A DNA stretch of 64,000 bases from Sedimentisphaerales bacterium (lineage in GTDB: Bacteria > Planctomycetota > Phycisphaerae > Sedimentisphaerales > Anaerobacaceae): contig OY970194.1 of assembly GCA_963708075.1 (NCBI GenBank), forward strand, positions 4,704,001-4,768,000, written 5' to 3'. Within the stretch, counting starts at the first letter, position 1, and each line of letters opens with the position of its first letter. The notes beneath the pieces are model-generated. The model ran no database searches. It worked only from the letters and a program-made list of their open reading frames with translations, and had not been told where the DNA came from. Below, one piece after another: positions 28,422 through 37,741 of the stretch. The position numbers were made by a program, and so were the translations under genes.

Positions 28422-29644
28422 CAGGGCTATCGCATCTAAATGCCAAGGACCTTAAGCAGGTAGTCTCGGTCCCAGCCGGCTCGGAGGCGTTTGGCGGCGA
28501 TGCCGCCCTTGGCCGTCTTCTCCTGCTTGAGCAGCATCAGGGCGATTCGACGCAATCGCGAGAAGTTCTCGGCGGCGTTGGCCACTCGGACTCGACTGGC
28601 GTCCTCATGGAAACTCACGTCCAGCGACCAGTGCAACTGGACCTCCACGGACCAGTGATGGCGAATCAATGTCCCCAGACGCTGGGCACAGTGTCCCGGA
28701 TGGGAGCTGATGAAGTAGTGTCGCTTTCGTTCGCACTGGCCGTTGACCTGACGCTCTCGCTCGATGGCCGTGAGGCTGCCCAGACCCGGCCAGTCGTGAC
28801 GCCCTTGCAGCCATCCCACATCGCTGGTAGTCCACACCCGCCGGGTTTCCAGTCGTCCATGGCCTTTTTCCACGGTTTCCCAGAAGTCCTGCTCGCCGGC
28901 AAACCCGTGGGCGATGCCGTCCTCCATGTACATCCGGGCATCCTCGTACAGAGTCCCTTGGTTAGCCTTGAGGGCCAGCACATAGTCGCCGCCCTGATCG
29001 ACGATCTGCTCGGCGATCTCCTTTTGACAACCCATGGCGTCAATCGTGATGGTTGCCTCCTCCACGTCGAGCAGCTTGAGCAACTCCGGGATCGCGGTGA
29101 TCTCATTGCTCTTGGCATCGACCGCCCGTTGGCCGAAAGCCACGCAGTTCTCGTGGACCCAGGCACTGACCATGTGCAACGGGCCTTTGGCACGGACCCG
29201 ATCAAAGCTGTTTCGCAGGGTCTTGCCGTCGATGGCGATGTGCTTGCCCCGGCTGCTGCCGGCCAGATCCGCCACAAACGCCTGCATGACCGCTTCAAAC
29301 GCATCCGGGTCCAGGGCGGCAAAGACCCGACCAAAGGTATCATGCGATGGAATGCCATTGGGCAGGTCCAGAAACGTGCCAAACCATTCCTCGTTGACGT
29401 TGCCGAACATCTCTACGTCCGTCCAGTGCTCAGCCCCGCAGATCACGGCACAGACGCCAATGACCAGAATATCCTGTAATTCATGCCGTTTCGTCCGCTC
29501 CACGCGAGGATCAGGAACCGCGGCAAAATGATCCCAAATCGATTTCTTCATCAAAAACGTATTCCTCTCTACTTGAAGTGTCTTGCTTCTGAGAAGAATA
29601 CGAAACCATGCCTGCAAAGGCTCAATTTAGATGCGATAGCCCTA
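28422..29644 (-). mobile_element. ISAs1-family insertion sequence (1223 bp)
   Basis: TIR CAGGGCTATCGCATCTAAAT / ATTTAGATGCGATAGCCCTA; 10-bp TSD ACCGCACCCC at 28412-28421 and 29645-29654. Confidence 0.93.
28436..29551 (-). CDS. ISAs1-family transposase
   Basis: [63 protein letters not shown]. Confidence 0.96.
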   Translation of the reverse strand: MKKSIWDHFAAVPDPRVERTKRHELQDILVIGVCAVICGAEHWTDVEMFGNVNEEWFGTFLDLPNGIPSHDTFGRVFAALDPDAFEAVMQAFVADLAGSSRGKHIAIDGKTLRNSFDRVRAKGPLHMVSAWVHENCVAFGQRAVDAKSNEITAIPELLKLLDVEEATITIDAMGCQKEIAEQIVDQGGDYVLALKANQGTLYEDARMYMEDGIAHGFAGEQDFWETVEKGHGRLETRRVWTTSDVGWLQGRHDWPGLGSLTAIERERQVNGQCERKRHYFISSHPGHCAQRLGTLIRHHWSVEVQLHWSLDVSFHEDASRVRVANAAENFSRLRRIALMLLKQEKTAKGGIAAKRLRAGWDRDYLLKVLGI

Positions 29645-30146
29645 ACCGCACCCCTCTCGCGGGGGGTGCGGTCGGCATTCGGTGGCGGATTCGGATTCCA
29701 GCCGACACAAGAGCGCAGCCCAGTCTTCTTTCGCCCCTACGGGGCTTTGAGATAGGATTGGCTATCGCTCCCACCGTTGAAACGGTGGGCTAGTGTCGAT
29801 CGCCCCTGTGGGGCGGACGGGCCGACGCAAGAGGACTGGAGCGAAGTCCAAGCCCGCAGGGCGATAGCCAATAGCCGCAACGCCTGTGGGATAGTGATCA
29901 ACCCGTCCGGGCGCAGTTCAAGCCCGAAGGGCGATAGAGAATAGCCTTCAGTTTGACAGGACCACGAAGCTCAGCCATGGCGCAGTCCAAGCCCGCAGGG
30001 CGATAGAGAATAGCCCAGCGATTTATCGCTGGGGAACCGGGGCCGAGGATAAAAGCCAGTCCCGTAAGGGACGAAAGAGGGCCGCTCCGCACACGGTGGC
30101 TACACGCCGCCACCATATTCCGACCGCACCCTCTCGCGGGTGTCCG
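29645..30146. repeat. Composite nested palindromic element (~500 bp)
   Basis: Outer inverted arms 29645-29688 / 30107-30146; inner inverted three-hairpin units ~29726-29815 / ~29990-30079; central direct-repeat array. Confidence 0.75.
29841..30015. repeat. CRISPR-like mini-array: three 36-bp repeats with 34- and 33-bp spacers; no cas genes in window
   Basis: Repeats at 29841, 29911, 29980; consensus GCGCAGTCCAAGCCCGCAGGGCGATAGAGAATAGCC (0-3 mismatches), internal GCCC-GCA-GGGC hairpin. Confidence 0.7.
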
Positions 30147-30248
30147 TGCAGATTATAGGGCACTGTGCCGGATAGCAGCAGCGAGCACCGGCTTGCCGAT
30201 GGTTTGTCCATTCGCCATCAGCAAAGCCTTCGGCCTCGAGCCATACCC

Positions 30249-30283
30249 AATCATCCATCATCAATCATCCATAACCAATGATT
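30249..30283 (+). repeat. Degenerate 7-mer array (AATCATC/CATCATC)n upstream of tmRNA
   Basis: aatcatc catcatc aatcatc cataacc aatgatt. Confidence 0.65.
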
Positions 30284-30367
30284 CCGAACTGGCTCTGGCG
30301 GCTGGGCGTAGGATGTGGTAGAATGGCGAGATGATTGGACAGACTGCTCTTTTCGATAACTGAATAC

Positions 30368-30722
30368 GGGGGCGAATGGCTTCGACCGGATCGCGGATGG
30401 AGAAGCTGCGTGCCCAGGACGCCGGTTGGCCTGGTTAATCATCCGGTACCTAATTCTAATTGGCAACTACCAGTATGCCATGGCGGCGTAATTAACGCTG
30501 CCCGTCCTGTCGGACTGCGCCTGCGGGTCTGATAAGGGCGTCACTTAGTGGGCTGGTCTCTGTCGGTCGTCCGGGCCGACGGAGGCGAGATGCACCGGAA
30601 TAGCTGAGTACAGAGCCTGTCGTTCGGCGCTGTGCGAGGCGAAATCTCAATGGAGCGACTACGCATGTAGCATGCTTGTCCTGAAACATCTCGGGACGGG
30701 GGTTCGAATCCCCCCGCCTCCA
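30368..30722 (+). ncRNA. ssrA: tmRNA; predicted tag (A)GNYQYAMAA
   Basis: 5' GGGGGCG...GCTTCGAC, 3' T-arm GGGGGTTCGAATCCCCC and acceptor CGCCTCCA; tag ORF GGC AAC TAC CAG TAT GCC ATG GCG GCG TAA at 30462-30491 after TAATT. Confidence 0.95.
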
Positions 30723-31124
30723 ATCTGTTGGCGACGTCCCACGTTCTTGAGATTGCTCCATTGGAGCGTGGGGATGTCTGCTCAACAACAAATCAATTCC
30801 GCCGCTTCGCGACGGGAGTTTGCCGTTTTGTGGCGTCCAGCATGATTCAGGCTGCCGCACCATTCAAACGATGGTTCGCGGCCGGTGCGTACGATCAACC
30901 ATGCGGGTGGCTCCAAAGCGATAGACTCCCTGCCGACGACCGCCGGCAGGTTCCCACAGGTTCCCAAACGGATCGTGTGACCGGGGAGCCAACAAGCTTG
31001 GGAGCAGAAACTCAGGGATTTGGGACGTTGCCAATTTGTTGGCGGCTCGGAGTGGCTGCGCGGATACGGCGGACCCGGGTATCCCCAGGAGTCTTGCGGG
31101 TATGCACTCTGCGGCGGCCGGGTT

Positions 31125-32864
31125 CTACTGCACGAGGAGCGAGCTGGTATCAGCCTCCTGGTTTCGGCCATCATAGGCGACGCCGAGATTGAGCCCGCCG
31201 CTGAGGTCGAGGGCCCCCGCCAGCAACTGATTGCCCGACTTGGAAATGTTTCCGGAGACCGTCACGGGGTTGTACCCGAAGTAGAGCGTACCCGAGAGAT
31301 TATAGCTGGCCGTGCCTCCGAGCGTGGTTGGACGGGTGTTGAAAGGCCCGGCCGGAGGGTCGCCGGCAGGCCCGCGGTCCTGCCAGATGCTGATTCCGGG
31401 AAGCCCGTTGATCTGCCGCTGGCCGCCCACCAGGAAGTAGTCGCCCGGGGGGCTCAGCTCGATGTAGCCGTGGCCGAGGACAGTGACCTTGCCTTCCTGC
31501 ACGGTACTGTAGGACGTTTGGGCAATGGTTCCATTGCTTGGAATGTAGATCATCACGCCGTTGCCGATGAGCCTGGCGCCGGCCCCGAGTTGCAGGCCGG
31601 AGGTGCCATCGGCAGCGCCGCCCAGCGCGAAACAGGAGGTTTCCACAGTCCCTCCCATTCTCAGCCGCAGTTCGGTCCGATAGCTTTGGGTGGTGATAAT
31701 ATCGTCCGGCGTGCCGGGGATACCATCGGGCCCGGGAGCGGTGACTTGCTCGCTGCCCGCGCCGGAGATGTTAATTCCGCCGGGATAGAAACCAGGATCA
31801 AGTTCCAGAATCTTCAGGCCCGCATCGGTTGGCGAAGTATACCCTCGCGAGACAATCGTTGTATCCGTGATCGTGGCAGCATCCGGCACGATCATGGCCG
31901 AGACGTCCGGCGGAACGACATCCTGGAGCGGGTCCAGCATGTAATCCTCCCCCGTCCAAACGTTGAACGGGATTTCCGGGGCTGGTGGATACAGACCGGA
32001 CCACTTGCCGGCATCATCGGCAGCCGGCTTGGTCGTGCCGACCACGTTGAAGTTTGCCACGTGGATATCGGCTGATGAGCCGTTGAACACGAAGGCGTCC
32101 TTCTCACTTCCCCCGCCTGTGCCGTTGCCGTTGGAATTGATCTGGATATCGCCGACCATGTCGCCGGGACCGCGAAGATCAATGATCGAGCCACCTCCGG
32201 CGACCATGCCGGTTTCCTTATAGGTCCATTGCTCACTCGCGGGGCCGCTGCTAAAGTCGAGTTCCGGATCATGCGAGAGCACGAGGATGCCTGCGCCGCG
32301 TTGTCCGGTAGATATCGCGATGGCATGGCGCCACATCTTCACGTTGGGGGCGTTGAACGCCTGGCCGAACAGCAGCGCCACGGGAGGGGCACTGTCGTTG
32401 AGGCCCATTCGATTGCCCACCACCTTGACGGCGTTGGGCGCGATGGTCGTCGGGTAGAATTGCCGCTCCTGACGGACCCAGCGTCCGACAACGACCTCGC
32501 CGTTCGGATCATTCGACGTATTCGGCGCCACTGTGATCGGCAACTGCGCGGCGTTGTTGCGATGGGCGATGGCGATCGCGTCGTTCATGGCCCGAGGCCA
32601 GTCCACCTTGACGTTCAGAGCCCCCGCCAGGGCCCCGGCATCGGCGCCATTGTGCAACTGGTGAGCCGACAGGGCCCCCAGGGCGTAGTCCAGGCTCAGT
32701 CCCACGATTCCAACGATAACCAGGATCGTGACGGCCACCCAAACGAGAACCATGCCGCGGCATCGTCGAGCTTGTGACAGCGCATCACATACCCCGCGCG
32801 TGACTGAACCAGACGCGGACCGGTGCGCACTCTTATGCACTCCTAGAATACGGCATGTATGCAT
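31125..32864 (-). CDS. TadG-like pilus assembly / tip protein
   Basis: RRCRG-MVLVWVAV prepilin-like helix, GLSLDY...QLHNGADAGALAGA Tad domain, large C-terminal domain; GGAGG RBS before ATG 32864. Confidence 0.82.
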   Translation of the reverse strand: MHTCRILGVHKSAHRSASGSVTRGVCDALSQARRCRGMVLVWVAVTILVIVGIVGLSLDYALGALSAHQLHNGADAGALAGALNVKVDWPRAMNDAIAIAHRNNAAQLPITVAPNTSNDPNGEVVVGRWVRQERQFYPTTIAPNAVKVVGNRMGLNDSAPPVALLFGQAFNAPNVKMWRHAIAISTGQRGAGILVLSHDPELDFSSGPASEQWTYKETGMVAGGGSIIDLRGPGDMVGDIQINSNGNGTGGGSEKDAFVFNGSSADIHVANFNVVGTTKPAADDAGKWSGLYPPAPEIPFNVWTGEDYMLDPLQDVVPPDVSAMIVPDAATITDTTIVSRGYTSPTDAGLKILELDPGFYPGGINISGAGSEQVTAPGPDGIPGTPDDIITTQSYRTELRLRMGGTVETSCFALGGAADGTSGLQLGAGARLIGNGVMIYIPSNGTIAQTSYSTVQEGKVTVLGHGYIELSPPGDYFLVGGQRQINGLPGISIWQDRGPAGDPPAGPFNTRPTTLGGTASYNLSGTLYFGYNPVTVSGNISKSGNQLLAGALDLSGGLNLGVAYDGRNQEADTSSLLVQ

Positions 32865-33095
32865 ACCCCACCTCCATAGTGTCGGGTTGGCCCGATGTTC
32901 CGTGTTTGCGATGGCGTTTTCCATACCAATAGAAAGGATAGAGCGACCACGTAGTCAAGACATCAGGACAGGATACCAGTCTACCCCCGGCGGCGTCCCA
33001 ATGTCAAGTCTTTCTACGGCCCGAGGACTGAAAATGTGCGGGGCGCGACGCAGAGTCACTTACCGGACCACAGGTTATGTCATTGCGAGTCCCTG

Positions 33096-33379
33096 CGCCG
33101 CTGGGTGGCTGGTGTCGGGAAGAGACTGGATGGTTTGGGTGGCATGCTTACGCTCGCGTAAGCATGCCTGGCCCATCGAGTGGAACATGTCCACGCAAGC
33201 GTAGGTACATGTTTAGCCTGGACGCGCCCAGTCCTGGGTGGCACGGGCAAACTTGTTTGCCCGTGGGGTTCTCGATTGACCAGACTCGGTCGAATGAGCA
33301 CCGTCAAACGAGTTTGGCGGTGCCACCCGGCGAACGGCGGGCTTCACGCTAAACACGTCCAAGCGTGGACATGGGACCC
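33096..33379. repeat. REP/REPIN-like element, copy 2, interrupted by the MITE
   Basis: Collinear with 3207-3491 apart from MITE orientation. Confidence 0.85.
33205..33360 (-). mobile_element. 156-bp MITE, copy 2 (inverted)
   Basis: Ends GTACATGTTTAGC / GCTAAACACGTCC; flanks AAGCGTAG (33197-33204) and AAGCGTGG (33361-33368). Confidence 0.88.
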
Positions 33380-33519
33380 GGCGAGGGCCGGCATCGCCCA
33401 CAGGCGAGCGAAGGCCTCCAGGCCGTCAGAAATCGTCCCTTGGGACCGATAACCTGCGGCTCCGCACTGCTGGGACAGGGAACCATCGAAGAAATGCCCT
33501 TAAAGAGACGGAAAAGTTC

Positions 33520-33548
33520 TTGACAAATCGTGCCCGTCAGGGTAGTAT
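33520..33548 (+). promoter_or_regulatory. sigma70-type promoter of the flp/tad operon
   Basis: TTGACA-N17-TAGTAT, about 250 nt upstream of flp. Confidence 0.65.
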
Positions 33549-33799
33549 TGAAACCCTAGGGATGGACTCCCTGGAAATTCAATTCTGATTCGCTGCAACG
33601 GAAGCAGGATCGTCAGAACCGGATATTCTACTCGGCGTAAAGGGGTGTGAGCAGGAGCCCCTGCTGAGAGATGTCAAAGTCAATGGTGGCTGTCAGTATC
33701 TGTATGTACACACTCGCCAATGCCGGGAGCGGTGTCGCTATCGGTACAGTGACCTTCGGCGCAGTGAGAAATAGAACTCTTGAGATTTGGAGGACGCAA

Positions 33800-33969
33800 A
33801 TGAACACATTAAGGAGATTTTTCAGGGACGAGCGCGGATCGAGCTCTCAGAGTACGTCGTGGCGCTGGGGTTGATCCTGGTGGTCGCGTTCGTCGTGATC
33901 ACGGCACTCGGCAACCAGATCGTACGCATCTTCAACTTGGTGGTGACCAAGCTCACAAGCGTTTCGTAG
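33800..33969 (+). CDS. flp: Flp family type IVb pilin (one apparent frameshift at ~33836)
   Basis: GGAGG RBS; MNTLRRFFRDERG joined to IELSEYVVALGLILVV...LGNQI..IF in the neighbouring frame. Confidence 0.85.
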
Positions 33970-33972
33970 CAG

Positions 33973-34569
33973 GTGAGCGCGAACCTGTTGGAAATAGTCT
34001 CGGCTTGCTCAAGAGAAGTCACCTTGTTGCAGTGGAGCGTGGTAATCGGCGCTTCACTGACAGGTGCGGTTTGGGACGTAAGGAGCGGCCGAATCCCGAA
34101 TTGGCTGACGCTGCCCGCGGCCGGCCTGGGTCTGGCTTATATGGCCTGGCACCACGGGTTGCACGGTCTCGGTGAGAGTGCCGTGGGATGGGCCGCGTTG
34201 GCCCTGCCGTATATCGTGCTCTTTATCATGGCTCGCGGGGGCGCCGGCGATGCCAAGATGATGGGCGCGGCAGGAGCGTGGTTGGGCATCCAGCCGGGCT
34301 TGGTAGTACTGGTGTGTGTAGGCGCCGCCGGCGCGGTTTTCGGGCTGGCACGGATGCTCGCGCACGGGCGACGCAGGATGCTGTTTGGAAACATGTGGGC
34401 ATCGCTGTATGTGTTCATGGGCGCCCTGTGCGGCGGGCCAGAGGGATGGAACTCGGTAAACGATAAGCCTGGCGAGGCTCCGCCCGCGCAGGCAACAGAT
34501 GGAACGGTTCCATATGGCGTCCCCATATTCCTGGGGGTGTGCGTGGGGGCGTTTCTGGTGCACGTATGA
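33973..34569 (+). CDS. cpaA: A24 prepilin peptidase (CpaA/TadV)
   Basis: WDVRSGRIPNWLT, GAGDAKMM, VPYGVPI. Confidence 0.88.
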   Translation: MSANLLEIVSACSREVTLLQWSVVIGASLTGAVWDVRSGRIPNWLTLPAAGLGLAYMAWHHGLHGLGESAVGWAALALPYIVLFIMARGGAGDAKMMGAAGAWLGIQPGLVVLVCVGAAGAVFGLARMLAHGRRRMLFGNMWASLYVFMGALCGGPEGWNSVNDKPGEAPPAQATDGTVPYGVPIFLGVCVGAFLVHV

Positions 34570-34985
34570 TCAGGATGATTAAGAAGAAACGAGCGTGGGC
34601 TCGCGGCGCGACCCTGGTGGAAATGGCCGTCGTGTTTCCGTTGCTGCTCATGGTGACGCTGGGGGCCATCAAGTACGGCTGGCTTTTTCTGAAGGCCCAG
34701 CAGATGACGAATGCGGCACGAACGGCGGCGCGCCTGGCCATCCTTCCCGATGCGGACGCAGGGGAAGTGAGCACGGCCATCACAAACCTGTTAGCTGGTG
34801 CAGGCATTACGACATACACGTTGGACCCCACCCTGTCGGTGGCCGGTCCAATCGTGACTGTAGGCATTCGAGTCGATCCCACCACAGTGGATCTGATTCC
34901 CGGTTACTTGCCGAACCCGTCGAGTCTCTATGTCCGCGTCACGATGGCCAAAGAAGGTATGCCCACAGGGCCGTTCACGCCTTAA
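34566..34985 (+). CDS. tadE: TadE-like pseudopilin
   Basis: RGATLVEMAVVFPLLL...NAARTAAR. Confidence 0.88.
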   Translation: MIRMIKKKRAWARGATLVEMAVVFPLLLMVTLGAIKYGWLFLKAQQMTNAARTAARLAILPDADAGEVSTAITNLLAGAGITTYTLDPTLSVAGPIVTVGIRVDPTTVDLIPGYLPNPSSLYVRVTMAKEGMPTGPFTP

Positions 34986-35010
34986 GTTCAAGAACAGAAG
35001 AGAGGATCAA

Positions 35011-36042
35011 ATGAAACTGGCAGCGGTGGTATTGGTTATGCTGGGGCTCGTGGCGGCCGGCGCGGTGGTTGTCCTTGTGCAAATGACGGTGCTCAACCGT
35101 GGCGGGGTCAAAGAGGCGCCGACGATCGAGGTACTCGTGGCGCTGGCGGACCTGCCGGCCCGGACACAGATCACAGGCGACCACGTGGCGGTCAAGCGGA
35201 TGCCCAAGACAGGACTGCCGGAGGGGTATTTCGTTAATCCGTCCCAGGCCATCGGCAAGATTCTGAAACTGGCCGTGGCCAAAGACCAGCCTCTGGCCGG
35301 ATCGCATTTCGTGATGAAGACCGGCGTTGACGACCTGCTGCGGCCAGGCATGCTCGCGTTTCAGATCCCCCTGTCCCGCGGCGCGACCCCGGTGGACCTG
35401 CTCTACCCCGGCTGCTTCGTGGACGTGTTTGCGACGTTCCCCCTGTACGACCGGCAGAAGGGCGAGGCGGTGGTGACACCCCTGCTGCAGAACATCCGCG
35501 TGCTGGGTGTCCGGGATGAAACGGTGGTCACACCCACGGACGCGAAAAGCGGAGGGGCCATAGGCAGTCCCCGTGGCGCCGGAGATTGCACGGTGACGCT
35601 TGAGGTCAATTCGCGGCAGGTGGCAGCCCTTCAACTGGCCCTGCTGCGCGGCACCATGGGGCTGGCCATGCGAAACGCGCTGGATAAGGACTGGAACCCG
35701 ATGGAGCCGATGGTAGTGAAGGAAGGCCAGTTGACCGCGGCCAGCGAGGCCCTTGATCCGGCGACCCTGGCCCTGTTCGGCCGAATCCAGCAGATGCTGA
35801 CCGGGACCGACCCGACGGCGAGCGCCAGTGCCGAGCCGAAGTTGGCGGCCGATCCGAACGCAGTCGCCAAACCTGCTCCGGCAGGACCGCCGGTCCCCGA
35901 GTATTTCGCAGCCGCCCAGCAGCAAAAGCATGCCTGGCCCATGACCATCATTCGAGGCCAGAAAGTCGAAGAGACAGAACTTAACCTGGACGACAAGGAT
36001 CCAAACAAGGAAGGTGCTGAAACGCAAGGAGAGCGTAAATAA
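35011..36042 (+). CDS. cpaB: Flp pilus assembly protein CpaB/RcpC
   Basis: N-terminal TM, SAF domain VLVALADLP, PGCFVDV, LLQNIRVL, VTLEV. Confidence 0.88.
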   Translation: MKLAAVVLVMLGLVAAGAVVVLVQMTVLNRGGVKEAPTIEVLVALADLPARTQITGDHVAVKRMPKTGLPEGYFVNPSQAIGKILKLAVAKDQPLAGSHFVMKTGVDDLLRPGMLAFQIPLSRGATPVDLLYPGCFVDVFATFPLYDRQKGEAVVTPLLQNIRVLGVRDETVVTPTDAKSGGAIGSPRGAGDCTVTLEVNSRQVAALQLALLRGTMGLAMRNALDKDWNPMEPMVVKEGQLTAASEALDPATLALFGRIQQMLTGTDPTASASAEPKLAADPNAVAKPAPAGPPVPEYFAAAQQQKHAWPMTIIRGQKVEETELNLDDKDPNKEGAETQGERK

Positions 36043-36106
36043 AGGACTGAGCCGGCAGTGGCAGGCTCGTACAATCAATCCGTGTTCCGTTAGCAGAGGT
36101 GGCTTT

Positions 36107-37672
36107 ATGCGTGGTGCGGGAAGAAAAGTGCCTGTGACAGCCCATTCCATCCTGTGGCTGGTGACCGTGGTTACTATTCTGGGATCCTTCGGAACCGCCA
36201 TGGCGGCGTCGGACCCGAGCGGCGAAGAAATCGTCCTCATCGTCGGCCGCTCCGTGGTCATCCGCACGCCCTGGCCCACCGTCCGGGTCGCCGTGACCGA
36301 TCCCAAGATCGCCAACGTCGAGGCGCTCACCCCCGAGCAGGTGCTCGTACAGGGATTGAGTGTCGGCACCACCGACCTGATCCTCTGGGCCGAGGGCGAG
36401 CAGCAGAGCCGCCAGCAGCGCGTCGTCGTGAAGATGGATCTCGAGGCCATCCGCCTGCGGCTGGAAAAGCTCTTTCCCACCGCCCAACTGCAACTGACCG
36501 ACGCAGGCGAGGTGCTTGTCCTTCAGGGCCTGCTGCGAAGCGCGGATGACGCCGAGCAGCTCAGCCGCTACCTGGAGACCGCCAAGCTCACCTACGTGAA
36601 CATGACCAGCGTCGCCGGCGTGCAGCAGGTGGAGCTGCAGGTCCGCGTGGCGGAAGTCAGCCGGGCGGCATTGCGCAGCTTGGGCATGAACTGGTTTGCC
36701 ACAGGCAATGATGGCTTCTTCGGCCAGCGCGTCGGCGCCAGCGGCGCCGGCTCGCTCGTTCCGGGCATGGACATTGGAGTCCCGGCGGAGACCCCGGCGA
36801 CCGGCGACCTGCCTTTCCAGTTCCTCTCCGACACCTCCGTGACTCCCGGCGTGAGCATGTTCGCGGGCTTTCCCCGCGCCAACCTTGAGGTCTTTATCCA
36901 GGCGTTGGCCGAGAACCAGTACCTGCGAATCCTGGCGAACCCAACCCTGGTGGCCCTGAGCGGCGAGCAGGCCGACTTCCTGGCCGGCGGGGAATTCCCC
37001 ATTCCCGTTGTCCAGAGCGGAGCCGCCAGCAATGCGATCACCATCGAGTATAAGGAATTCGGCGTGCGGCTGAGCTTCCGTCCCGTGGTCCTGGGCGACG
37101 GCGCCATCCGGTTGCGTGCGATGCAGGAAGTGAGCCAGTTGACCGACGTCGGCGCCGTAGTGGTCCAAGGGTTCCAGGTTCCCGCGCTGGTGACGCGACG
37201 GGCGGAAGCGACCCTGGAGCTGCAAAGCGGTCAGTCCTTCGCGATGGCCGGTTTGCTGCAGCGCACCGACAACGCGGTGGTTTCCCGCATCCCCGGCCTG
37301 GGCGATCTGCCCGTGCTGGGCCCGCTGTTCCGCTCCGTGCGATATCGCCAGGAGGAAACCGAGCTGGTGATCCTGGTCACCGCATCGCTGGTGGAACCCC
37401 TGTCGCTGGCCCAGACGCCGCCGTTGCCCGGAGTGACCCATACGGCCCCGGATGACTGGGAGCTCTATCTTGAAGGCCGCATCCATGGCAGGCAGCCGGC
37501 GAAACTCGACCCGGCCAGCACCCAGTGGCTCAAGGACATGGGACTCGATCAACTCGTCGGGCCCGGAGCCTGGGCCACCTACGGCGAATCCTGCCCGGCG
37601 ACGGAATCGGCATGCCCGGCCAGTGCTCCGGCAGAGTCTGAAGCAGGCGGCAAAACCGAAGAGCAGAAGTAA
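36107..37672 (+). CDS. cpaC: Tad secretin CpaC/RcpA
   Basis: RVAVTDPKIA, QQVELQVRVAEV, ILANPTL..LSG..A.FLAGGEFP, PGLGDLPVLGPLFRS, ETELVILVT. Confidence 0.92.
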   Translation: MRGAGRKVPVTAHSILWLVTVVTILGSFGTAMAASDPSGEEIVLIVGRSVVIRTPWPTVRVAVTDPKIANVEALTPEQVLVQGLSVGTTDLILWAEGEQQSRQQRVVVKMDLEAIRLRLEKLFPTAQLQLTDAGEVLVLQGLLRSADDAEQLSRYLETAKLTYVNMTSVAGVQQVELQVRVAEVSRAALRSLGMNWFATGNDGFFGQRVGASGAGSLVPGMDIGVPAETPATGDLPFQFLSDTSVTPGVSMFAGFPRANLEVFIQALAENQYLRILANPTLVALSGEQADFLAGGEFPIPVVQSGAASNAITIEYKEFGVRLSFRPVVLGDGAIRLRAMQEVSQLTDVGAVVVQGFQVPALVTRRAEATLELQSGQSFAMAGLLQRTDNAVVSRIPGLGDLPVLGPLFRSVRYRQEETELVILVTASLVEPLSLAQTPPLPGVTHTAPDDWELYLEGRIHGRQPAKLDPASTQWLKDMGLDQLVGPGAWATYGESCPATESACPASAPAESEAGGKTEEQK

Positions 37673-37741
37673 AGAAGTTCCGGTCCTTGAGGCGACGCTG
37701 ATGCGGCCTCCGGGACCCAGTATTGGGGGGGTATCGTTCGT

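Noticed and set aside
29841..30015. Calling this a bona fide CRISPR-Cas locus
   Set aside because: Only three repeats, no cas genes or AT-rich leader, non-canonical repeat ends, and the repeat is part of a REP-like unit; kept as a CRISPR-like finding only.
30660..30722. Stand-alone tRNA gene
   Set aside because: The T-arm and acceptor strand pair with GGGGGCG ~350 nt upstream and enclose a tag ORF, so this is tmRNA.
3311..33360. 30-kb composite transposon or invertible segment bounded by the two inverted MITE copies
   Set aside because: Each copy has its own local target duplication, and the intervening DNA includes core genes (nrdR, leu, ssrA).
33555..33800. c-di-GMP or other riboswitch in the flp leader (also considered 40270-40345)
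   Set aside because: I could not find the conserved c-di-GMP-I or -II core motifs by eye; an Infernal/Rfam search would be needed.
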